Assembly (NCBI RefSeq): GCF_000150275.1
Contig: NW_002060943.1
Span: 13,009,639 to 13,073,638 of the forward strand
Reading direction: 5' to 3'
DNA: 64,000 nucleotides
Origin: Trichoplax adhaerens
Taxonomy: Eukaryota; Animalia; Placozoa
Both the position numbers and the translations under genes were made by a program. Positions 13,530 to 27,700 of the stretch are shown one piece after another; the stretch's first letter is position 1, and every line of letters begins with the position of its first letter. The notes beneath the pieces are model-generated. The model searched no databases. It had not been told where the DNA came from and saw nothing but the letters and a program-made list of their open reading frames with translations.

Positions 13530-13900
13530 TATTCAACCGGATCATGGACTCTTAGTAGTTCATGGCACTGTAGACTGGAAGCAGGTAGGCTAGATCGATG
13601 ATATATCTTCAGTAGTGAATGAATAATGAAATTAGAAAAAGACTTGATGATAATAAATAAGCCTAAAACTACTACGCAATTAATACTCGTATGAGAACGT
13701 AGATCGATGACTATTTGATAAAGCTGTTTATTACTACTTTTCAACCGGATCATGGACTTGCAGTAGTCCATGGCACTGTTGACTGGAAACAGGTAGGCTA
13801 GCTGAACGATTTTTGTACAGTAAATGAATGAATAATGTAGTTAGAATAAGGTTCGATGAAAAATAAATCAAAAAATAAATAAAACTAAAAGTTAATGCGC
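13530..13900. repeat. Two-copy ~208-bp tandem duplication
   Basis: 'ttcaaccggatcatggact...catggcactgt.gactggaa.caggtaggctag' at ~13532 and ~13740. Confidence 0.85.
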
Positions 13901-14779
13901 AACTCCTGATACCTTAGGGTTTACGTATTAATTACTTGACAGAGCCATATGGTAATAATGTCTATATACCTTAGTCCATACTGTTGTCCAGCACGGTAAC
14001 TATTTCCTGAAGCAGTAAAGTATACATTATTCTAGGCTTTGGTTAGCCCGGGGAATTTGTTATTCTAAAGAAATTATTCTAAAGAAATTGGCTGCAGACA
14101 TGTTTACACACGTTGCAAGCATAGTAATAGACTGTGACGTAAGACAGGGATTCTTGTATGCACCAGTATACGATCGGTCGGGTGTTTTAAGTAGTTGTGC
14201 AGTTCTCGACTTTGTGCCCAAGGTGAGCAGCTGACCGGAGTCAGCTGAAGTAGTTGCTGCAGCAAATCGGTCGAGGATCTCTTTTAACATTAAAAGACAA
14301 AATTAAATTATAGTATTTGTATTGCAAGGGCTGTTCATAAAGGGGCGAGGAGCTCAATTGACGTTTCTGCAAGTTGTGCGTGATCAGCTGGTGTATCCTG
14401 ATTGACTATTCTTCATGGTGCTAACACTGCATAACATCAACGATATTTTGAGCTACAAATTTTAATTGATAAGGTAAACGTTGAGTCTATACAGATTATA
14501 AGTAAGCTTGATCATTTACTTAAGGTTAATACAGTAGTAGTAACAATTTTTTGTTATCGTATTTTACGATGTTGTAGATTACTGTATTGTAGATCATGAG
14601 CTTGGGTATTAAGCTACTAATCATGCAATATTATTACTGCAAGTTAATCCGTTTTAGTGTAAAAAGAGCAATAAATAATTGATTTCAATACTTGCAACAC
14701 GTAAACGTTGTATTCGCATTGATTGCATTGCCGTTATGGGAATTAGAAAGGGAATAACTCTGTACTCCATCCAATCACC

Positions 14780-17700
14780 ATGACTACACCTACCGAGATT
14801 GATCAAGATGAGATGATGGCACGCAAGTTACAAGCTGAGGTAACGTATAACATAGCTGCCATATAGAATACTGCAAATACTTGTATCAAGGACTAACAGA
14901 GCTGCTATGTAGAACACTGTCAATACTTTTATCAGGATCTACTAGAAATCCCTACTACTAGGTATTTCTAAGAGTCCTTGCCTGTATCTAGTAGTTATAC
15001 ATAGACGGAGGAATGAGATTGGTCATGGAATACTAGTGCACTGTGGTAACAAAAAATTCGTACTCGGTTGATATCATCTATAGTATTAAAGATAGAAAGA
15101 TTTCCAATTTGTGTTATGTTGTCTACATCAGTTCATACGTATCGTAAAATAGACGGCAGAATGAGGTTGGCCTTTGAATACTAATGCAACTACTCTAGCA
15201 ACATAAAATTCAGACACCGTTAATCTAATGATGATTCCATCTACTATACTAAACCAAGAAGGATATCCATTGACTCTATGATACTACTTCGTAATTGCTA
15301 CAATGTATTAGTTCATAGCTATTTTTGCAATACTTCTTTTATATTGATAGTGCATCAACTCAATTGCCTACTGTATGTATACTAATGTAAAGTCAGGTAA
15401 AGTTTGTACCACATATCATCATAATAAATATACTTGGTAGGAATTTGAAAATATTGGAATATTATGTTTTACTATTCAGTTAATAATAAAGGTTAATATA
15501 ACAGTACGATCTAGAATATGCAATGTCTCAAGAATATGAGGAACCGGAAGCTGGTAAATCCTCGCATAGTAAGCTTACCTGTAATAGTAGAGCTACAACT
15601 TGGCAGATAATATCAACAGCTACCTTATCTTCAATTATCCTGAGATAACCTAAAGATAGATGAAATGAAATTTAATTTACTACTTTATATTGCAGATCAA
15701 CAAGAAGTAGTATCCGCTAATACTTCCAAAGATGAGACCGAAAATATAGATCAAAGTAGAAGTTCGAGGTTAATAGATACTCGACCACTATGCAAATATG
15801 GAGGTAAATGTTACAGGGAAAATCCCTTACACTTTATGGAATACCGACATTCAGGTTCGAAAATCCACGAAATATTAATTATCGTGCAATAGTACTAATA
15901 CTCGTAGATATTTTTGTTCTTTTATGGATCTTTAACCACTTAATTTTAGAAGTTTACCTTCTGTATATTGTGTTTAAAAGTCTAATAAATATTCTACTTG
16001 TAGGTGAGGCAAACAGTAGGGAAGTAACCGAAAGTCCCAGAAAAAAATTGAAAAGTCATGACGTTCGAGTCGAGCAGCCAAGAGTAGAAACGAAAGAGCA
16101 TAGCCAAGACCAGGCTGAGCCTGATCAAATGTGTAACAAATATTCATATTATTTATCTAAAGTTCGCGGTCTTAATAATAATTACAATAGTAGAACCAGC
16201 AGTATTCATATTAGAGGTAAGATATTTAACCAAGTTTATTGGCGAATATCTCTATTGCTATAAAACTAAAATCCTGATTAATCCATTTCTAGAAATTCTT
16301 GCCTTAGAAAAGAGTGAATTAATATCATCTATACAGGTATTTGATTTATAGGAATAGCAGTAGCAAAAACTAATGCACATCGGTAAAAAGAAAGTATAAG
16401 CTAACCTAACTTATTGGAATAATCTTCGTTCTCAATAAGTTCAATTACATGTTTGATGTCAGTTGGCTATTGGACCAATACCCAGAAGATTACAGGTAAC
16501 AAGAAATTTTGATGTTTATAGTTGAATACGGTACCAGTTTTGCTTTAAATATGGAACAAAATTACAAATATGCTACGGGCCAAAGTTGCTACCATAAATG
16601 ATTTTTTCTCCGTTAGGAAAAATCCAGTTTTAATTGTACACGGTTACAGCGGCCAGTCTCGCAATAATTTAGAGCAACAAGGGCAACCATTTCCAAATGT
16701 TAAATTTCATCAGGTTAATTGATCACTTATTTAATAGAAATTTAATTCAAGTAACAACTTCATTAAACGTACTAAATCATGCTTTAATATAAATAAATCA
16801 ATGCATGGCTAGTGATGTCAAGTAACTCTTGTTGAGTCCTGTTGACGTAGTAAAATAAATGAATATAATTTACAAATAAAATTTCACTCTTTAAGGCAAA
16901 ATTAGAAATGGCCTATGGTACGCATCACAGGTACGTGTAGTAGATAAGTAAAATTTTAGCAATTTAGTGATTGCTGTAGATAGATCGGAAGTCATACGTT
17001 TTTAACAATATTTTTTACAAGTTTGTGAAGCGATTGGTGGGTATTTTTTGCAAAATCTAATAATTTTGTAATCATTACAGTAAGATGATGTTTCTATTGT
17101 ACTCGAACGGACTACGAATTGTTATTCATACCGCAAATCTAATCCCACAAGATTGGGGTCGTAGAACGCAAGGGTAATCGTGACAACCGATAATCATAAG
17201 TGTATTTACATCCTTTAAATTTCACTTTTAATAAGAATTTATATTTGTTAAACTTTTGCTATAGTATTTGGATAAGTCCACTATTTCTGAAACGATCAGA
17301 TAAATCAGAAATGAACATAGCAGATGATACTGGATTTAAACAAGATTTACTGGTAAGAATTTAAATTGATTAATGTTTATCATGATGAATCGCTGCCGAT
17401 ACTTTAAAGGCAATGTCAAATGTCATCTCTGATTCATGAAATGAAGTCGGATTAATGTCTTTTTATTCTGCGCGTATTTAGGATTATGTTGCTAGCTATG
17501 GACCGGCTTTATTTGAATGGAGAAGTCGAATTATGGAGCATGACATGTCATCCGTAAAGTAATTTGCAAACTTTATAAAACGATTATGATTGGCATAATT
17601 TGATGTATCTTACGATTATTTCATTGCTACTTCTTGTACAGCGTTTTTCTAATAGCTTCGGTCCCTGGTAGACACGCTGGTAAAAATATTGATAAATGGG

Positions 17701-19158
17701 GACACTTGAAACTGCGAAAGGTATTTGTTGTTATAATGACTTTATGACTGAGTATTCTTTATTAATTGTACTACAACATTTCGTAAGATTCTAAAACGTA
17801 ATGGGCCAAGTAAGGATGATGTATCAGCAAATTGGCCAGCCATATGCCAATTTTCTAGCATTGGTTCGCTTGGTAGTAAGCGTGATGCATGGTTGTATAG
17901 CGAATTTAGGACTAGTTTATCTTCCACATCAACGACAAGGTTATCTCAATTGGGAGAAAGAAAAGCTGATGTTAAGCTGGTTCGCTTGCCAAATATTTTT
18001 TTAAGAGTATCGGGATTAATCAACATTGTAATTCATGAACTGTTGAAAATTTCACAAACTTAGATTTTCCCGTCTGTAGAAAATGTCCGAAATTGTTTAG
18101 AAGGTTATAAAGGTAAGGTAGCGATTTAAAATTAGTCTTGAATGAATTATCTTTGTAGTCCATTATGTTGTATCAGTTTATAGCTGTTACATCATTGCTT
18201 TTGCGTATTAAAGTTTATCGTAGTACACCTAACATTTGAATTGCACTACTTAAAACGTTAAAGGTGGTTCTTGCTTACCATACAATCGGGGTACCGCCAA
18301 TAAACAACCTTGGCTAAATTCCTTATTACAGTAAATAACATTTTTTACCGTAAATTTAATACTCGCAGTCTATTTCCTGTAATTCTATCGTAACATTGTA
18401 ATTATCTATTTAATGCGAAGCAATTGGGCTGCCAAAAAAACTGGACGCCATCGTGCATCTCCTCACATCAAAACTTACACTCGCGTATCACCAGATAATA
18501 CAGAATTAGCTTGGTTTCTTATAACCAGGCAAGTGTTGTTTTCTTATTTTATGCACATATACAGTCAATGATATGGCAGAATAATTCAAGTGTATTTTTA
18601 TGTCATAAATGATAGCGCAAATCTTTCCAAAGCTGCTTGGGGCACAATGGAAAAAAACGAAACGCAGTTGATGATTCGATCTTATGAAATTGGTGTACTC
18701 TTTCTACCCAAGCAGTTTGTAAGATACTGCAATAATTGCATTATTACTGAATTCTGATAACAATTTAAATTATAGCGTTTGAAAGTTAATGGTAATTGTG
18801 ATTTCGAAATGTAAAGGGGGATGGTAAGACATTTAAAACTTGTGACCTGAAGACAAACTGGTTAATTCCTTACGATTTACCGTTGATTCCGTACGGACTT
18901 CAAGGTATATTTAACAATCAATGTAACTTTATATTTTAAACAGCAATGTCATCAAACAGCATGGCATCCTTGATAATCTTTCTATACGTATGCATTACGT
19001 AATCATGCTGACTATGCTTTAAATTTCGCTTTTTGTTAGATTCCCCATGGACATGGGATACACCTCATCTTGAGCCTGATACTCATGGTGCTCAGTGGAT
19101 TCCAGGAGGATATAAAGCCTTTAGGGAAAGCCGCTATGATAAAGAGGAACAACCATGA
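14780..19158 (+). CDS. TDP1: Tyrosyl-DNA phosphodiesterase 1 with N-terminal PBZ zinc finger, ~19 exons
   Basis: Spliced peptides [40 protein letters not shown] (first catalytic His-Lys-Asn motif), [35 protein letters not shown] and [10 protein letters not shown] (second motif), [12 protein letters not shown], and [16 protein letters not shown]. Stop TGA at 19156-19158. The first exon (14780-14839) is less certain. Confidence 0.93.
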
Positions 19159-19938
19159 AAGAAAAACGGAGGAAGAAATTTGCACTGGGTAATCGGAAAA
19201 TGATTTTGCTTTTCTCAACTTGAAATAGCATACTATGTAGTTGTGAAATATCTAAACTTTTGTTACTATATAACTGCGGCCTTGATGGACCAGTTAATAC
19301 GTATATATATATATACATCGCGACGTATGTTACTGTTCATCTTGCCTTCCTGCTTGATTCCTTGAATGTATTATTTTTCGTTACTTAACGTGATGTATCT
19401 AATTTTTGTAACAAAGCACAAAGCGTGGAAGCATTGGCTAATCGATCTTGTCATAACTGTGCTTGTTACGGTGATAAGTCTTGAATTGTACAATTCTAGT
19501 TGACCAATTTATCTGTAAAGACTGATAATGTATAGTATCTGTGTGTATAGTACATTGTAATACGATAGAAACAACAGCATAATACTGTTGCATAAACTGC
19601 AAACTGAAGATGGAAACGTAGCGAGAATTGCAATTGTTAACTGAGTGAATATTCTCTTTAGCATTCTTACATAAATAAAGCAAGTGTTGAATGAAACAAT
19701 AAAACTTTTACTTTATTTAATCTTATTAACCGTAAATATTAATATAAACATATGTACAAAAAATGAGCTGCTTCACGTTGATGAAATTAATTTGACATTC
19801 TAAATAACGGAAACTAGTTATTTCTCAACATTCTATCATTAGGAGTAATATTTAATTAGCACAAGAGATGGATTCGCAGGTACAAAACTGGATATCCATG
19901 CTAAGGTGATTGTCGCATAACTCTGAAATAGAATTATT

Positions 19939-21553
19939 TTAATTATTTTCCGTAGCGTAAATCGGAGCCAAAATTCTATTTTTACTCGTCTCAATAATGT
20001 GACCGTTCAGGATCATCTCGTCAAGGATCATATAAGCTTTTTCGACATTCATGGTAATCTATTCGGGTAGAAAGAGCATATTATGGTATTCAAAATCTGT
20101 CAATTCAAATCTCCTATTATTATCCAAACACAGTTATTGACAAAAAATTGGACCACGATATTAATTTAAAGCATTCTTACATCTAGTTCGGACTGTTAAC
20201 CGGTGACCATAATTTTTCGCATCGATTGTCAGAGAATTGAACATATAAAAATTAAGTATAGAGAGTTATCCATAATAGCAAAAATCCATCGATTCATAAT
20301 TATCTCTTGCACTATCATTATCATGGGATGTGAATAATTGATGAATAGATTAACACGACTTTAGGTAGATTTTGTACCAATCTGCTAGCAGTATGTTGAT
20401 ACTGTATTATTTATTAACGCAAGCACTAAAATGTGATTGAGCTTTGGAGGTAGTTACTTTATAATTTTATCATACGCGTAACTTACCACATCGTTAAAAT
20501 ATCGGTCAAAGGTTTCTACTAAATTTTGAATCAATTCCAGGATACTTAATTCATTCTAGATTACGTGGTAGTAAATGGAATATTAAAAATTGCATCAGAT
20601 TGATTAATTTCTATTTATTGAACACAGCTGTACGTATACGAGTATGCTCTCGATTACTGTTCATATAGCATACACTAATCTTTTAAAGGATCGTCATTGT
20701 ATTAGTTAATGAATTAGTTCAACCTCGATACTAATACCAATAATGACAAAATGCATTAATGGAGAGTCATAGAATATAAGATTTGGATGAATTGAGCAGG
20801 TATGATTGTATGAACATCACTTTGGACTGTACAAATGACCTCATTTAGTCAAGATCTAGCCGTGCATAGCCTACCTCATCGCTATCGACACCGACGATAA
20901 AAAATAAGGACATGTACCGTCGATAGATAAGCATCATGTTTTGATATTCTAGGAATGAGCACTATAAATAAATAAACGAATAAGATAGTTGTTAGTATGT
21001 GGCGTACAGGTGGAGAAAGCTCGATCTATTGTGATCGACAAAAATTGTGGTCCATATTTTCTCTACATGTGTACAGCTTTGTCCTGCAGTAGCTCTCTTT
21101 GCCACTTTGCATGATTAGCTGAATTTAGAGTCATTAGTTTGATGAGATGGAAACAATTGTACTAGGAGGAGTATAGATCGCTTATCCACTTATAGCGATT
21201 ACATGATGATCATGGAGGAAGGGCCAGCTTGGATAACTGTATATACTTACATGGTATACTCGTACGGTTTAAATTGTCAGTTTGCTAATCACTAAGAATA
21301 CGAGTGGAAGAACTTCCATATCATGATGGATCATTTTGATCAGTCACCCCCATTGACGCCTGTCAATGCGGTGTTTTATCCATAAAGAATAGTACTGATT
21401 CGCTCGTTTTATTACCTCTTTCTTACTTCGTGGTAAGCATTTCTGAATAGTCTCACGTTCTAGATTCTCTCTTTCTTCCCCAAGAATGTTGTGATAGTAT
21501 CTCGAAAGCCGACTTTGGCCATCTTTGTTCACCAAGAGTATAAATTTGATCAT
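19939..21553 (-). CDS. AP4S1: AP-4 complex subunit sigma, 5 coding exons including a 12-nt microexon
   Basis: Exons 21553-21416 (MIKFILLVNKDGQSRLSRYY...), 20961-20875 (CSFLEYQ..IYRRY.SLFFIVGV), 20555-20487 (NELSILELIQNLVETFDRYFNDV), 20192-20181 (SELD) and 20058-19939 (ITMNVEKAYMILDEMILNGHIIETSKNRILAP...). All introns are GT-AG, phase 0. Confidence 0.93.
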
Positions 21554-23269
21554 TACTTTGTCGTGGATCGCTACAGTTTTCAATCAATCATGCCCTAAAC
21601 AGTATCCAATAAGTCAATGTTCATGGCTTGTCCAGCTTATACCTGCCTTCCAATGATCGTCTCCCTTGCCAGAGAAGAAGCGATGGAGTTTTATTTATTT
21701 ATTTTAGAGTTAACAGGATCAAAATATGGAAGAATTGTTGATGACGACGACAGATGAGAATGTTGCTTAGCATTAGAATCTTTGCATACCGTGTATAGTC
21801 CAGGTCACAGCGCTGGGCAAGGACAGAATGACGGACTGGCTGTTGCCTGAAACTAGTCTAAGATGGACAAGGTGGAGAAAGCTTTCCTGCTGCTTGTATT
21901 TAATGTTGAATTAAATCAGTTCAATAGTTTATCTCATTAAGATAGCCGATCATGATAATTTACTGATGAGCTACTAGAATGAAACTTGAATTTACGGTTT
22001 CGGATAACGGGATGTGCTGGTGAATGCATCATCAAGCTGTAGCATGTTGCAGAGTTCGCCATTTCTTGCAAGCAAACATTGATGATCCATTCGTTTGCAT
22101 AGCTACACAAACTGAACCTTTAACATGTCTAACCTCGTCAATTATGACAAACATTGTGTAGGTGTTGCTGTTTCTGTTTAGAGAGCTAGGCGAAGGTTGT
22201 AGACTGATTCAAAGACAATGAGTGTGTCGAAAACACTATCACATTGAACGGCAGTTGGCGAGCTGGAGCAAGCGGCAAAACAACTGCTAATGCAAAATGG
22301 CAGTCAATAGTATGTTTAAGTGAAGAGATAATTGAATTGCTTTGCTAATTGCATTTGTCTCTCCAGGACAACACCATGTTTTCCATTGAGGCATTGAAAG
22401 CGGACGACATGCATACTATTACTATTGGCTGGAAAGCATATGTTGACATTATCGTGATAAAACAACATTGCACATAGAAGGCGTGCCTTGAATTAAAGCC
22501 ATCATCTCTAGGCCCTTCCAGCATGAAGAAAGACAAGAAGTGGACTTGAAACTTATCACTTGAACGTGAACTGGTGTAACTAACACTATACTGGAAAGTG
22601 CTGACAGGGTGTATTTACTTTATTTTAGAAATACAATCCTCAGCAAATTCAAAAAGTCAATCACAGAGCCCTTGCATTTTGAAGTTACAGTAGTGTATTG
22701 TGAAGGTAGGCTAAAAAGGGAAAGATGCAAGGGGTCTATGTCTTTTGCTGAAGTGGCCATTATTGCTTCGATTGGCCCGTTTTCACATATTATGTATTGT
22801 AGAGTCCTTGCATGCAAGACTTTGATGTAGACTGATCAAGTCTACTATTGGCACCTCTTCCTGGACGTTCCAATTTTAGCTCATGCAAACGCATGGCTAT
22901 GAATGGTAGTCCCTTTGCTAACTGATTTACTCACTGCAAGATGACTTGAAGGTGCAGCAAGTTGCATCGAATGGATATCCAAGCTGTTTAGATACCCGAT
23001 TGAAGCACTGTAGACTGTAGTACAGTCGTTTCGATGGTCGGGTAGAATAAGATTGAAAGGTATTTCAGCAGACAGTAAGTAGCATGCAGTGGGCCGTCTG
23101 TCTTTGCAAATCGGTCGCCATTTTTCTGCTACAATGATGTCCAATGACCTGCCATGAATTGACAATATTGACCGATCGACTGGATAGAGAATGAATGTAG
23201 GCATAGGCAGAGTCATGGACTCTTCCACTACCATCCATTTTGAGGACATATTATACTTACATTATGTAG

Positions 23270-24160
23270 ATAGAAAGCAAATCAAAGCATGGACTTGATT
23301 CTACAGTAGTAGTCTATATTCATTTCTTCGTCTCTACTACTGATTCCTGACTGCTACAGCGTTGCAAACAATATTATAGATAGAAAGCAGTAGTAGTCCA
23401 TGTTCATTTCTTCCTCTCTACAGTACTACTAATTGCTGACTACTATAGCGTTGCAATCCACTTTGGTCAACGTTGCAAACATATTATAGCTAGAAAGCAA
23501 ATCTAAGCATGGACTACTAGAAGACTTGATTCTACAGTAATAGTCCATGTTCATTTCTTCCTCTCTACAGTACTACTAATTGCTGACTACTATAGCGTTG
23601 CAATCCACTTTGGTCAACGTTGCAAACATATTATAGCTAGAAAGCAAATCTAAGCATGGACTACTAGAAGACTTGATTCTACAGTAATAGTCCATGTTCA
23701 TTTCTTCCTCTCTACTACTGATTGCTGACTGCTACAGCGTTGCAAACATATTATAGATAGAAAGCAAATCAAAGCATGGACTACCGGAAGACTTGATTCT
23801 ACAGTAGTAGTCCATGTTCATTTCTTCCCCTCTACTACTAATTGCTGACTACTATAGCGTTGCAATCCACTTTGGTCCACGTTGCAAACATATTATAGCT
23901 AGAAAGTAAATCAAAGCATGGACTACTAGAAGGCTTGATTCTACAGTACTGTAGTAGCCCATGTTCATTTCTTCCTCTCTACTACTAATTGCTGACTACC
24001 ATAGCGTTGCAATCCACTTTGGTCAGCGTTGCAAACATATTATAGATAGAAAGCAAATCAAAGCATGAACTACTACAAGACTTGATCCTACAGTAGTAGT
24101 CCATGTTCATTTCTTCCTCTCTACTACTGATTGCTGACTGCTATAGCGTTGCAAACTTCT
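23270..24160. repeat. Tandem array (~130-150-bp units) between AP4S1 and striatin
   Basis: About six copies of 'gcgttgcaaacatattatag.tagaaagcaaatc.aagcatggactactagaagacttgattctacagta.tagtccatgttcatttcttcctctctac'. Confidence 0.92.
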
Positions 24161-24738
24161 TCTTCCTCGTTGCAAATTTCTTCTTCTTCTTCTTCGCTCC
24201 TCCAGGCTATGACGCAATGAGGTATCGTAGAGTGTAGAGTGCACAGTACCAGGTACTGTACACTGTACAAAAGAGACGGTACCCCATTGGAGGCCGTCGA
24301 GTAGATATACTCTGTCAGCTGTCCTGGAATAGGATTTACACTGGAAAGCGGCGCGACCATGGTTACTTTAGATCCGCCATAGTCAACATCAGCGCCACTT
24401 GAGGTACGACACTAGGGACCACCACCAGCACCGTTTGGTTGGCCATACTGGGAATAGGTTGGCGATAGTGATAAGAGACTTATGTATAGCGCACACAGTC
24501 ATGTTACAGTACGCACTCGTCGTGTGGAACACGAGTGTCGGTTCAGCACGAACCCTGGTGGTCGAAAATCCCTTCTATAGTCAATCATAACACTCAGTCC
24601 AATTCATAGTATTATAACTAGAAATAATACCCTTGAAATCGACACACCACTAACAGGCATCCTTTGACCAGGGGCAAACTTAACCCTCTGCCAGGTAGAC
24701 GTCGGTTTGTCCAGGGGCAGTATGGGAAATTGGAAACG

Positions 24739-27700
24739 ATGATGGAGTCGGAAGGAGGCAATATGCAAGTCCAGGTTGAAATGGAGCCACCAATTCATCA
24801 AGAAGAACCCGATCGAAAAGCAGAATATACGATTCCAGGAATTCTACATTACCTACAGCATGAATGGACACGATTTGAAATGGAAAGAGCCCATTGGGAC
24901 ATTGAACGAGCTGAATTACAGGTAGAGAATCTTGTTGTCGACAAGGAGGAGGGGGGGGGGGGAGAGAGAGAGAGAGAAAGGCAAGTAGATTTAATCCTTC
25001 TGGCCAAGGCCATCGTCTCTCGATTCCTAGACGATCGCTACTAGAATACCACACGTCGTCATCATGTCGTCTTTAGCCATGCTAGTTAACAGAGATGGCG
25101 TAGACAATCATGCTTCTTGCCTACTTGATCTTTTTCCTTTCTTCCTCCACCATCGCTTAATTGCAAGAGAGAGAGAGAGAGAAAGGCAAGTAGGTTTAAT
25201 CCTTCTAGCCAAGGCCATCGTCTCTCGATTCCTAGACGATCGCTACTAGAATACCACACGTCGTCATCATGTCGTCTTTAGCCATGCTAGTTAACAGTCA
25301 TGGCGTAGACAAGAATGCTTCTTGCCTACTTGATCTTTTTCCTTTCTTCCTCCACCATCGCTTGATTGTAATACGATCCATTGGATCTTTCTCATCCTAT
25401 TTGTTGTTCATCATGCTTGTTGTTAGTCAGAAATCAGTTGCTAAAGTAACTCTCTTCTACCTATTGGAGTAGATACGATCGATTGTATTCCCCTTTCATC
25501 ATCGATCATAACAAGGATGGAGAGTAGAATTCTCCATCGCAATCTCCACAGTGGATTTCTCCTTCCCCCCCCCTAAAAAAAAATCCCTCCGATCATGTTT
25601 ACGCTTCTGCCGAAGTAGTTCGATCGATGATGATTTTGACGTTGTAAAGTATCTCTAGCTTGAATAAATCATCGATCATAACAAGGATAGAGAGTAGAAT
25701 TCTCCATCGCAATCTCAACAGTGGATTTCTCCTGACTCGTTCGATCGATGATGATTTCCATGTTGTAAAGTATCTCTAGCTTGAATAATCATCGCTCTAC
25801 GATGACAACGGCCATCATCAAGAGCAGTCGTCGATCATGGCGATGATGGGGAGGTTTTGAAGGCAAAGGAAATCGCCAGCCATGACTTGATGCAGGCTAT
25901 TGCAACAGACGATCATCATCATCATCATCATGTCTTCCTACTTGGAGGACGATTGATGTCTTTTCCAATAATAGTGTCGACATATTCGGATGGCTGAGAC
26001 AGTGTATTCGAACACCTTGGCATGTTCCTATTCCTCTATTCCATGCGTAGACACATGACTGTGTAGGGTTGGATTTTCCAGCAATAGTGCTAAAAGGTGT
26101 TGGTGCCATTTTAATCTTTCACGTCGCCATCTATAACTTTGCGCTTAGTAGGACGACAACGAATGCATTTCCAATAACATGACTGATAATCTCTTCAACT
26201 TGAATCGTGTAGAGAGTCAATATCGTTGTCAAATCCAATTCATTTCACTGGTTATTTTTCCCATCATTAGTGTTGGAGGATAAGTTGGAATCCGTTACGG
26301 CGATCGATCTGAAATCAGCCGTTGTAAAGGATGATGTCGATGATGATTATTTAGCCCATCTATCCTTTACTAACCCACGGAGATCCATCTTTCCTCTTGC
26401 TTTATTGTAGTGCCATCACTACTAGCATTTTCTTCATCCATAGCATCATCTTGCGGTGTAGAATAGCGCTGAAATAGAGATACATTGAATCCAGTCATTC
26501 GGTCAATCCATTTTACATCAACCCGTTTTATCTCGGCTAAAAAAATATTTTGACAAATTTTTCCATCAGCATCAGATCGCTTGGTGCCTGATCATCTTGA
26601 CACTCTAGGATGAACATCAACAATCGTCATCGCTGTTTGTTAGCGATGATGATCTTTCCCTGTTGATTCCTCCATACCATGACTGCAGTAATCATGTCAA
26701 TTTGTAGAGTCGTTCCTGATGCCTAGAAGACGTTGCTCTGTCCTAGGCAAGATTGCCATTTTACTCTATCCAATCCATGACATAACCCTATCTGAAATAG
26801 AGAAATCATTGACATGGAGATCTCCACCACTGCTTTTGTCGTTGATCGTTGGGATGGATTTCTGTTTTTACATGGAGCATGGCAATATTGAAAATGCAAA
26901 GTTCTTAACACATGCTTATCCATGACGCGTTTGTAGTAGACGATGGTCAATTTCAGGATGGATATCGGCAGGTTGAATGGCTAAATGATTAGTAACCGAT
27001 GCCCAATAGTAGGCGAAAGATCGCCATTTTACCCTATCTAGTAGATGTTATTGACTCATACTGATCGACTACTATTTTGATAGTAGACAGTTGGGATGGT
27101 CCGTTTCAGTTTTTTTCATGTGGCATAGCCACCGTTGAAATGGAAAACGATTTACCTCAGACGATCCACCGCTATCCTTTTAGTAGACAGTTGCGATGGC
27201 TCATTTCAATTTTGATGGTAGCATAGCCATCATTAAATTGGAAAATGGTTTACCTCTCGGGTGATCCATTATTATCATTGTATTCATGACGGCTAGAATG
27301 ATCCATTTCAATTTTGACGATGGCTTAGCCATCGTTGAAATAGAAAACGATTTACCCCAAAAGATCCACTGCTATCCTTTTAGTAGATAGATGCCATGAT
27401 CCATTTCAATTTTGATGGTGGCATAGCTATCGTTAAATTGGAAAACGGTTTACCTCTCGGATGATCCATTACTATCATTGTATTAATGACGGCTAGGATG
27501 ATCCATTTCAATTTTGATGGTGGCATAGCCATCGTTGAAATGGAAAACGATTTACCCCAGATGATCCACTGCTATCCTTTTAGTAGACAGTTGCGATGGT
27601 TCATTTCAACTTTGATGGTAGCATAGCTATCGTTGAAAATGATTTTACATCGGATGATCCATTTGTTTGCGCTATTCGGTTCGACATTTTTGAGTCTGAT

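Noticed and set aside
21700-23250. Possible gene or decayed transposon between AP4S1 and striatin (ORFs of 63-122 aa)
   Set aside because: No recognisable domain, terminal repeats or consistent exon chain; left unannotated.
24922-25472. ORF extensions such as GGGERERER and the 25064/25269 ORFs
   Set aside because: They lie in striatin intron 1 and derive from a (GA)n tract and a local duplication.
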